Shown: piece by piece, positions 24,614 to 32,384 of the stretch | Numbering within the stretch: position 1 is the stretch's first letter | Layout of the letters: each line of letters starts with the position of its first letter | NCBI GenBank assembly: GCA_964345635.1 | Contig: CAYFRM010000040.1 | Coordinates: forward strand, 1 to 63,564 | Reading direction: 5' to 3' | Source of the DNA: an uncultured Clostridia bacterium | Lineage (GTDB): Bacteria > UBA6262 > WVXT01 | DNA: 63,564 nucleotides | Program-made: the position numbers and the translations under genes | Notes under the pieces: generated by a model | The model's database searches: none | What the model was told of the DNA's origin: nothing | Seen by the model: the letters and a program-made list of their open reading frames with translations, nothing else

Positions 24614-26845
24614 TCAATCTTTGGGAAAATTGTCAATTATAAACTTCGTCTCAGAAGACGGGCTTTTTACGACTCCATCAAGTTTCGCCCAGAGCAACTC
24701 TTGCAATATCTTCTTAAACAAGGGGCCCTGTTTATATCCCATCTTCTTGAGTTTATTGCCGGTAGTACGAATCTTCTCCCGGCGCACTCTGGTCAGATAT
24801 CGATGGACTCTCCTTTCCACTAATCGGCTCCTTCCCTTTAGCACAATAAATACAAGCGCTTCTATCGGTAATCCCTGCAACGCTCGATAGAGAAGACTCG
24901 GCTTTAATTCTGCTTTTTTAAGCTTTCTCGTGGCTTCCGATAAACTTTCTCTCCCTTTGAATATTTTATTATACTGTTCCCGGGAGAATCCGAAATTCCT
25001 GCAGAGATTCCTTACTTCCAAGATACTTAACTGTTGCACCAGGATAAGAAAATGGATTATCCAGCTTTTCCCGGCCTCTTTTTTGAGAAACGGGGCGAAC
25101 CTGTCAAGGATAGTCTTAACCGTTTGCAAATCTTTCTTTATCTCCGGGCTCAATCTGATTTTGGGATGGATCGACTTGAGAATCCCGATCCTATACAATG
25201 CCAAAATTGCGTTCCCGGGTCGGGGCTCGCTCAGGATGGCAATCATTTCTTCTCTTATTCTTTGTTTGCTCAGGCGCCTAAAAATTTTCCTCTTTAGCGC
25301 ATCCCTGACCAGCCGCTCGGTGTTCTTGTCCATGAAGAAGCCGTATCTTTCCTGGAAACGAATTGCCCGAAAGATGCGCGTGGGGTCTTCGATAAAGCTC
25401 CTGTTATGCAAAACCTTAACCTTTCTCTCCTTCAAATCTCTCCACCCGCCGAAGAAGTCGATAAGTTCTCCGTAACGCCCGGGATTCAATCTCACAGCCA
25501 TTGCATTAATGGTAAAGTCCCGTCGGTACAAATCTTCTCTCAGAGAACCCTTTTCTACGGCGGGCAGGGCAGCGGGAGATGCGTAAAATTCCTTTCTGGC
25601 AGTGGCAATATCTATCTTGATTCCTCCCGACAAAGTAGCTACTGCCGTCCCGAACCTCCTGTGAGCAGTAATCTTGCCGCCCAGTTTGCTGACCAGATAA
25701 CGAGCAAATGATATGCCGTCACCCTTAACCACTAAATCTACATCGAAGTTTTCCACGCCGAGCAGAAGGTCACGTACGATGCCGCCAACCAAATAGACTC
25801 GGAAATCCTTCTTCTCGGCTATCTTACCCACTTTCGCCAGTAAGCCCGCTACTCCGGGAGGAAGATTTCTGTCTAAAAGCGGGCCTACACTCTTTCTAAA
25901 CAGGAGGCTCTCCTCAGGTGCTATTTCGGGGGTAACTTTGCTCTTCAGGACTTCTATCAATTTTTTCTCCACATCCCGTAGCTCCATTCCTCTTATTGTG
26001 GCCGAAGCCGCAGTGGCGTGTCCACCTCCCCCAAATGCCTGGGTAATTTTACCCACGTTTACAGCCTTAATTCGGCTACGGGCAACTACGCGAATTCTTT
26101 CCTTTGTTCCCAACAATACGAAAATCGACTCCAGGTTCTCGATATCGCGTAATCTATGAACAGTTGCCGCTAGATCAGTGATATAATTCGAAGACTTCAA
26201 TTTGATAATGGCAATTTCTATCCCGTTAATCTTAATTCTCTTTTCCAATCGCAGAAGTCTATTTAATAGTTTAACCTGAGTCTTAGTCAATTCCCGGCGC
26301 ATAAAGTCAGAAATCGTGTTTATATTTGCTCCTTTGCTTACCAGAAAAGAAGCTGCCCTTAAATCTGCGGGGGTTGTGGAAGGAAATGTAAAAGAACCCG
26401 TATCTTCGTAAATTCCCAGAGCAAGAAGAGTTGCCTCTTCCGGAGAAATTTTGATTTTTCTCTTCTTCAGAATCTCTACCAGAATAGTCGTGGTAGCTCC
26501 GTAGCGTCCCCCGATGTCCACTCTTCCCGCAAGATCGCTCTTGGTGCGGGGATGGTGGTCGTAGAAGTGGAGGATTAATCCGCGATTACTGAGGACTGTC
26601 TTTGCCTCCCCTATTCTTTTGGCAAGCCGCGTATCTACAACTATGAGTCTCTTGACTTTTTTGAAATCAACCTCTTTTTCTTTCTTCAGGTCTATCAGCT
26701 CCGGGTTCTTATACAAATATTCTCTCACATCCTTGTCGGCTGAGCCGGGTATGATGACTAAAGCCCTGGGATATATCTTTCTTGCCGCTACCAGAGAAGC
26801 CAAAGCATCAAAATCTGCACCAATATGGGTCACAATCAAATCCAT
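24614..26845 (-). CDS. Fusion of DHH/DHHA1 phosphoesterase (NrnA-like) with class II tRNA nucleotidyltransferase / poly(A) polymerase head
   Basis: 743 aa. N-terminal half has HIGADFDALAS, DHHP and GGGGHATAASA. C-terminal half has YLVGGIVRDLLLG..FDVDLVV and RRDFTINAMA. Confidence 0.8.
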   Translation of the reverse strand: MDLIVTHIGADFDALASLVAARKIYPRALVIIPGSADKDVREYLYKNPELIDLKKEKEVDFKKVKRLIVVDTRLAKRIGEAKTVLSNRGLILHFYDHHPRTKSDLAGRVDIGGRYGATTTILVEILKKRKIKISPEEATLLALGIYEDTGSFTFPSTTPADLRAASFLVSKGANINTISDFMRRELTKTQVKLLNRLLRLEKRIKINGIEIAIIKLKSSNYITDLAATVHRLRDIENLESIFVLLGTKERIRVVARSRIKAVNVGKITQAFGGGGHATAASATIRGMELRDVEKKLIEVLKSKVTPEIAPEESLLFRKSVGPLLDRNLPPGVAGLLAKVGKIAEKKDFRVYLVGGIVRDLLLGVENFDVDLVVKGDGISFARYLVSKLGGKITAHRRFGTAVATLSGGIKIDIATARKEFYASPAALPAVEKGSLREDLYRRDFTINAMAVRLNPGRYGELIDFFGGWRDLKERKVKVLHNRSFIEDPTRIFRAIRFQERYGFFMDKNTERLVRDALKRKIFRRLSKQRIREEMIAILSEPRPGNAILALYRIGILKSIHPKIRLSPEIKKDLQTVKTILDRFAPFLKKEAGKSWIIHFLILVQQLSILEVRNLCRNFGFSREQYNKIFKGRESLSEATRKLKKAELKPSLLYRALQGLPIEALVFIVLKGRSRLVERRVHRYLTRVRREKIRTTGNKLKKMGYKQGPLFKKILQELLWAKLDGVVKSPSSETKFIIDNFPKD

Positions 26846-26976
26846 TTAACTGTGCTCCGTTTCTTTCGACAAAAAATATGGAGTCCCCCGGTTTCATCGG
26901 GGGATAATTGCCTTCCTCTCGGGAGGGCTCCCAATCAATTTAACCTATTTTAGCCAAAAAGTCAAAACTATTCTTC

Positions 26977-28116
26977 TTATGCGGTGAATAACTTCACCCA
27001 CCAGGGACTCTTTGTTATTATCGCTCCCTGTGAACAGAGTTCCTGACAACAGAAGCATCTAATACAATCCGAATAATTAATGGAAGGTCTACCGTTTTTG
27101 GTCTTTCCTATACATTTAACAGGGCAGCTTTCCAGGCAATACAGGCAACGGTTACAAAGCTTCTCAATTATTCTCGGTTTCGCTGATACTAGGTTTTTCA
27201 GCCACTTAAGCAGAAATTTGGGAACATTCAGGGAAACATCCCGGGGAATCTGTTTGAAATCTTTCACTTCTAAATCTTCAATTTTTTCTCCTGAGATTTC
27301 TATATTTCCGGGGAGGAGCATTCTTCTCTCCATAGCTATCCTGTTAGTGGGAATATCCAGCGCACTTTTGTAACCGATGAGTTTGCCGGCAACAAAATCT
27401 AACGCTGCGGGATTCTTGCTGGCAAGAATTGCTCCCACCTTGCGAGGCGTGCCACCAGCCGGGCCATTTCCCTCCATGGCCACAATCGCATCCAGAATTA
27501 CCAGGTCGATCTTTACCGTATATAAAAGGTCAACAAGCATCCGGGAAAACAACTCCCGGTCAGGCAATTTCAAATGGAATTCCGTTTTTCTCAATCCGGG
27601 AATGAAACCGAAGTTATTCTTCACTCCTGCCGTAATGTAGGTTAGAGGGTGAGTTTTCAATTTAGGAACGGAAATGATTACATCAAAATCCTCTATTCGT
27701 TTGGTGACCGCAAACTTTTTATAAAGACGCCCCTGACTGTTTCCCACTTCTATAACTTCATCCTCGAAAGATAAAAGAGGAACACCCGTTTTACGGCTAA
27801 CTTTCTCGAATCCTGCAGTTCGATACGCTCTGGCCACTCCCGTAAGAGCTGCCCTTTCCCCGGGACTGTCTCCGATTGCGGGAATTCCTCCCGCTTCTTT
27901 TACCAAATTAACTACGGCTTCCACCAGCCCGGGATGGGTGGTTACTGCCTTTTCCGGAGGTTTACCTGAAAGTAGGTTTATCTTGATTAGAACTCTATCT
28001 CCATTCTTGACAAACTGGCCAATCCCGCCCAGTAAACCTAACAATTTTCTTAAAGAATTTTCCAAAACCGGAAGATGATAAGTTTCGCATCTTACCAGTG
28101 CTACCCGCTCGGCCAT
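26977..28116 (-). CDS. DUF362-domain protein with C-terminal 2x[4Fe-4S] ferredoxin motifs
   Basis: 379 aa. DUF362-like N-terminus (VALVRCE...GDRVLIKINLL). CNRCLYCLESCP and CIRCFCCQELCS clusters. Confidence 0.8.
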   Translation of the reverse strand: MAERVALVRCETYHLPVLENSLRKLLGLLGGIGQFVKNGDRVLIKINLLSGKPPEKAVTTHPGLVEAVVNLVKEAGGIPAIGDSPGERAALTGVARAYRTAGFEKVSRKTGVPLLSFEDEVIEVGNSQGRLYKKFAVTKRIEDFDVIISVPKLKTHPLTYITAGVKNNFGFIPGLRKTEFHLKLPDRELFSRMLVDLLYTVKIDLVILDAIVAMEGNGPAGGTPRKVGAILASKNPAALDFVAGKLIGYKSALDIPTNRIAMERRMLLPGNIEISGEKIEDLEVKDFKQIPRDVSLNVPKFLLKWLKNLVSAKPRIIEKLCNRCLYCLESCPVKCIGKTKNGRPSINYSDCIRCFCCQELCSQGAIITKSPWWVKLFTA

Positions 28117-28141
28117 CTTTTATCTCCCCGCTCTTTTCTGT

Positions 28142-28477
28142 TTAAAGCTTAATTTTGTCCTCGGGTTTATAAGGGCACTTGATGAACACGGCACGAATAG
28201 GAGATGGGGAATCGTTTTGGATATTATGTTTTTCTCCCGGTTCCAGCCGGAAAGCCTCTCCCGCTTGCCCCGAATATTCAGTGCCGTCAATAAATAATTT
28301 GCCCTTTCCCTCGAGAAAATAAAATGTCTCTTCTACCTCTTTATGGTAGTGGGCTCCCAACGACCCTCCGGGTTTCAGAACCAAAATTCCCCATTCTATT
28401 CTGGGTCCTCGGAAAAGATACTTGGGACCCGCGTCTCCAAAACGGAATTCCTTCTCTTTTTCATTGACTCTTTCCAT
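28142..28477 (-). CDS. Cupin-domain protein
   Basis: 111 aa. G..GAHYH.E.EE.FY.LEG ... GE.H cupin motifs. Confidence 0.7.
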   Translation of the reverse strand: MERVNEKEKEFRFGDAGPKYLFRGPRIEWGILVLKPGGSLGAHYHKEVEETFYFLEGKGKLFIDGTEYSGQAGEAFRLEPGEKHNIQNDSPSPIRAVFIKCPYKPEDKIKL

Positions 28478-28547
28478 ATTCTGTCCTCTCTAATAGAATT
28501 AGAATTACAGGGACACAATACTTAATTATTAGACAGACTAAAGTCTG

Positions 28548-29711
28548 TTACTCCATTAACTCATTTAATAATGACAGGATATCTTCGTAACTGACTGCGC
28601 GAGGATTTCCTCTGGTGGAGTTGGAAGTGAGGGATTTCCTGGTAAGCTCAGGCAGGTCTTCCGACTTTACGCCGAATTCTCCTAAACTGCGGGGAATCCT
28701 CAGTTCCTCAACTATCCTCTCTACTGCAGAAAGAGCTTTACAGGCCGCCTCTTCTTCCGTAAGACCTTCTATTTTCTCTCCCAGGGCAGAAGCAACACAT
28801 CTGAATTTCTCAATTCTTGAGGACAAATTAAACTCTATTGCCCGCGCCAGGAGCATGCCGTTGGCCACGCCATGAGGAATCCCGTGCAATGCTCCCAGGA
28901 AGGGAGACACTCCGTGAGCAATACCCAAACCCGAATTTGTGAGCACAATGCCGCCCAGAAGACTGGCCAGGCACATCTTCTCCCTTGCCTCCCGGTTAGA
29001 ACCATTATTGTATGCGGAAATTATTGCCTCTCCCACCAGATTGATTCCTCTAGTCGCCAGGGCATCGGTCAGAAAATTTGCCTTCCGGGAAACGTATCCC
29101 TCGATGAGATGGGTCAAAGTATCCACCCCGCTGGAGGCAGTAATATTTTTAGGAAGGCTCAGAGTCAAAGTAGGGTCGATAATGGCTATCCTGGCAAATA
29201 GATAATCGCTGCGAAAACTTTTTTTACTTCTCGCTGGCTTATTGATAATCACCGCATTCCTGGCGACTTCTGCTCCGGTTCCAGCCGTGGTGGGAATGGC
29301 AATAAAAGGGAGACCGGGCGAATTCAGTCTCTTATTACCTTCCCCTTCCAGATATTCGGCTACCGAGGCGAATTTCTCCTCAAGTGCCAGCCCGGCAATT
29401 GCCTTAGCCACGTCAATAGCACTTCCGCCACCAATACCTACTACGACTTTGCATCTATTCTGACGGGCAAAGGCCACGCCTTTATCCACTACTTCAGTAT
29501 CAGGTTCGGGAGAGACATGGTCGTAAACCACGCTGGCGATTTTCTCCCTGTTCAGGATTCGATTAACTCTGTCCAGAATGCCACTCTCCCGGATAGCTCT
29601 TCTTCCCGTGACCAGAAGAACAGGTTCTCCCAGATACTTGACTTCCCTACCCAGTCTATTTAAACTTTCTCTCCCGAAAATTATCCTTGTGGGCAAGTAG
29701 AATTCCCACAT
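28548..29711 (-). CDS. Iron-containing (group III) alcohol dehydrogenase
   Basis: ORF extends to 29735 (TTG), but the ATG at 29711 with an AAGGAAA SD is preferred. GIGGGSAIDVAK and conserved His cluster (HLIEGY, HGVSPFLGALHGIPHG). Confidence 0.85.
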   Translation of the reverse strand: MWEFYLPTRIIFGRESLNRLGREVKYLGEPVLLVTGRRAIRESGILDRVNRILNREKIASVVYDHVSPEPDTEVVDKGVAFARQNRCKVVVGIGGGSAIDVAKAIAGLALEEKFASVAEYLEGEGNKRLNSPGLPFIAIPTTAGTGAEVARNAVIINKPARSKKSFRSDYLFARIAIIDPTLTLSLPKNITASSGVDTLTHLIEGYVSRKANFLTDALATRGINLVGEAIISAYNNGSNREAREKMCLASLLGGIVLTNSGLGIAHGVSPFLGALHGIPHGVANGMLLARAIEFNLSSRIEKFRCVASALGEKIEGLTEEEAACKALSAVERIVEELRIPRSLGEFGVKSEDLPELTRKSLTSNSTRGNPRAVSYEDILSLLNELME

Positions 29712-29731
29712 CTTTGTTTCCTTTAAAAGGT

Positions 29732-31354
29732 TCAAGGATTTTTTCTTTCTATGTCCAGGAGCCAGGACTCAACCTCTATATCGCCGGGAAGAAGCCTGCG
29801 GGCAATCGTCCACTCTCGTTCCGCTTTTGTCTCCTCTCCCAGCCTGTAGTGGATAAGACCCATATACTTATGAATAAGAGGGTTGAAAGGATTAATCTGA
29901 TTAGACTCCTGGTAATTTTCCAGCGCCGGTGTCAACTTCTCCTGAATAAAGTAAACAGTGGCGAGGCTAGTATAAGTTGGCCCGTAGTTCGGGTTAACCT
30001 GCAACGATTTCTTAAAGGATTCTTCCGCTTCTTCAAATCTGCCCAGTTCGCTAAAGGTTCTGCCTATCTTATTCAGAATCACATGATTATTCGGCTCTTC
30101 TCTTAAACCCTTCTCGTATTGAATGAGAGCGACGCTAGACCTTCCCCTCTGGCGATACATATCCCCCAGACGGACATGCCCGCGGGCTCCCACTCCTATA
30201 TATTCTTCCAGTTCATCTGTTTCCTTTCCTTGTTCTTTTAACTTGAAGCTATCCAACGCTACTCCCGGTATCTCTTCCAGATTCATCTGTGGCAGAAAAT
30301 TTCTCAAGGCGCTTTGAATCTCTCTCTGGTCTGACGCGAAGAATTTGTGGAAAAGTTCGTCCCACTGCTTCTCCCTTTTATCAAAATCTTCTTTACCCGC
30401 GGTCTTGCCGAGTTCGTGCAGAAAACGGGTTAATTTATCGCTGCCGTAATGGCGCAGTAAATAATCTACTGCTAAAGAGACTTCGGCAAAGGCGAGAATT
30501 ACCTCTTCCCGGCTCTCCAGGGAAGGCATACCTCGCTTCATCTTCCCGAAATCGACCCATTTTCCTTCTCTTGCTGCAACCGAAAGAGCATTTTTGTAAA
30601 CAGGAGTCAGATAATTCGGTTGTTGCACTCTCCATCTTGTTTCATAATACTTGGCCAGGCCCTCATTTAACCATAAAGGGATGTTAAGCCCTGTCAATTT
30701 GGCGACGAGATAATGGACAAATTCGTGAGCCAAAGCGTCCAGCCAACGATAACCGTATACCAGGCAGCGGGGAGAAATAATCATAATTCGGTTGAATTTA
30801 CAGATTCCGATTGCCCCGGAGACTTCGATCTGCTCCGGAGAAAGACTGGAAGCGTGGGTGAATCCTTCAGTCGTGGGATATACCTCAACCAGAATTTTCT
30901 CTTCTGAAAAATGGTCCAGCTCATCCTGTATTTCTTCATATGCTTTCTCCAGAGCCTCCAGGGCGTACTCAACGAGAAGGTCATCCCTGGCGGCCAGGCG
31001 AAGTACGAAGTGTTCACTGGAATTGTCACTAAATTTTTCCGTAATTTTTTTAGTGCCTGCAACAAAGGAGAGAAGTCTCTTCCGCTCATCATTTCCCGGT
31101 TCCATTAGCGATGCTTTTTCCAGATACTCTATTGCTCTGTCATAATCTCCCTGATAGAAATACGATAACCCCAGTAACCTGAAGGAGTCGGCATTCTCCG
31201 GTTTTTCCGCCACTGCCTTCCGCGCAAGCTCCCCTACCTTCTCCGCGTTCCATCGATTCAAGTAGTGTTCACCATCAACGATTATATTCCCACCATAAAG
31301 TAGAGTAGGCACGGTCAATAAAAAAACAGAAATCATCAATTTCATCATACCCAT
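29732..31354 (-). CDS. Secreted/anchored TPR protein with central peptidase-MA-like HExxH domain
   Basis: 540 aa. N-terminal hydrophobic segment, TPR repeats at both ends, and LAHEFVHYLV...PLWLNEGLAKYYE (HExxH plus EGLxxY). Confidence 0.75.
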   Translation of the reverse strand: MGMMKLMISVFLLTVPTLLYGGNIIVDGEHYLNRWNAEKVGELARKAVAEKPENADSFRLLGLSYFYQGDYDRAIEYLEKASLMEPGNDERKRLLSFVAGTKKITEKFSDNSSEHFVLRLAARDDLLVEYALEALEKAYEEIQDELDHFSEEKILVEVYPTTEGFTHASSLSPEQIEVSGAIGICKFNRIMIISPRCLVYGYRWLDALAHEFVHYLVAKLTGLNIPLWLNEGLAKYYETRWRVQQPNYLTPVYKNALSVAAREGKWVDFGKMKRGMPSLESREEVILAFAEVSLAVDYLLRHYGSDKLTRFLHELGKTAGKEDFDKREKQWDELFHKFFASDQREIQSALRNFLPQMNLEEIPGVALDSFKLKEQGKETDELEEYIGVGARGHVRLGDMYRQRGRSSVALIQYEKGLREEPNNHVILNKIGRTFSELGRFEEAEESFKKSLQVNPNYGPTYTSLATVYFIQEKLTPALENYQESNQINPFNPLIHKYMGLIHYRLGEETKAEREWTIARRLLPGDIEVESWLLDIERKNP

Positions 31355-31379
31355 ATTACTTCACGCATATTTTTATCCT

Positions 31380-32315
31380 TTAAATATACTCTATTGTGCT
31401 GGGAGGCTTGGGAGTAATATCGAAGAGAACCTTGGTCACCGCAGGTATCTCCTCAGTAATTCTCCGTTGAATCTTCTCCAGAATTTCCCAGGGGATTCTA
31501 CTTACGGAAGCAGTCATTGCATTTTTGGACTCAACGCTTCTGACCACAATTATGTTTCCAAAGGCTCTCTTCCCCCCCACCGTCCCTGTGGCTCTATCTT
31601 TCATGAGAACTGCGAATGCCTGGAAAGGTTTCAACTCTTTTATTTCCTCTTCCACAATCCTGTTTGCTTTTCTCGCCATCTCTACCCTCTCCGGATTAAC
31701 CTCTCCGATGACTCTCGTGGCCAAACCGGGTCCGGGGAACGGCATTCTCTGGTAAATTTCTTCCGGCAGCCCCAGTTCTCTGGCTACATCTCTTACCTCG
31801 GGTTTGTAGATTTCTCGAAGCGGCTCGATGACTTGAAATCCGTAATCTCCGGGGTCGATTCCTATCTGTTCCAGAACGTTATGCTGCGTCTTAATACCTC
31901 TTTCAGTCTCCGAGACATCCGCCGCAATCGTGCCCTGAATGAGGTATGAAGCTTTGTTCTCCTTTACTGCCTTGCCCAATGTTTTATAAAAAGTATCTCT
32001 AAATCTTTTCCTTTTCTCCTCGGGATCTTCTATTCCTTTAAGCACTTTGAAAAATTCGTCTCGGGCATCGATTATTTCCACTTTTACACCGAAATTCCCT
32101 AACTCCCGGGACACTTTCTCCGGTTCACCCTCTCGCATCAGCCCGTCGTCAATAAAAATAACGGCGAGTTTCTCTCCCAGCGCCCTGTGTGCCAGAAACG
32201 CGCAGGCTACACTATCCACTCCCCCCGAGGTAGCCACTACAGCGTTCCTGTCTCCTACAACTTTCTTCATCTCAGAGATTTTCTCTGCAACAAATTTCTT
32301 TGCTTCCCACGCCAT
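31380..32315 (-). CDS. guaA: GMP synthase, stand-alone ATP-pyrophosphatase subunit (subunit B type)
   Basis: 311 aa. PP-loop ATSGGVDSVACA near the N-terminus and C-terminal KPPSTIEYI (GuaA end motif). No GATase domain. Confidence 0.85.
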   Translation of the reverse strand: MAWEAKKFVAEKISEMKKVVGDRNAVVATSGGVDSVACAFLAHRALGEKLAVIFIDDGLMREGEPEKVSRELGNFGVKVEIIDARDEFFKVLKGIEDPEEKRKRFRDTFYKTLGKAVKENKASYLIQGTIAADVSETERGIKTQHNVLEQIGIDPGDYGFQVIEPLREIYKPEVRDVARELGLPEEIYQRMPFPGPGLATRVIGEVNPERVEMARKANRIVEEEIKELKPFQAFAVLMKDRATGTVGGKRAFGNIIVVRSVESKNAMTASVSRIPWEILEKIQRRITEEIPAVTKVLFDITPKPPSTIEYI

Positions 32316-32347
32316 CTAAACATCCTCCTTTTCCCCCTCACCCTAAC

Positions 32348-32367
32348 CCTCTCCCCCGGGGGAGAGG
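32348..32367. repeat. Perfect 20-bp GC-rich palindrome CCTCTCCCCCGGGGGAGAGG
   Basis: Read directly. Lies in the 69-nt gap between the 1172-aa gene and guaA. There is no adjacent T tract on the - strand. Confidence 0.9.
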
Positions 32368-32384
32368 ATATAGGCAAGGATAGC

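Noticed and set aside
26885-26903. Apparent dispersed hairpin family CCCG(A/G)TT(T/C)ATCGGG at 26885-26903, 38236-38253 and 43374-43389.
   Set aside because: The shared part is only about 14 nt of a G/C stem with a small loop. Two of the three copies sit where intrinsic terminators are expected, with T tracts on the transcribed strand. Convergent terminator-like hairpins are a simpler explanation than a repeat family.
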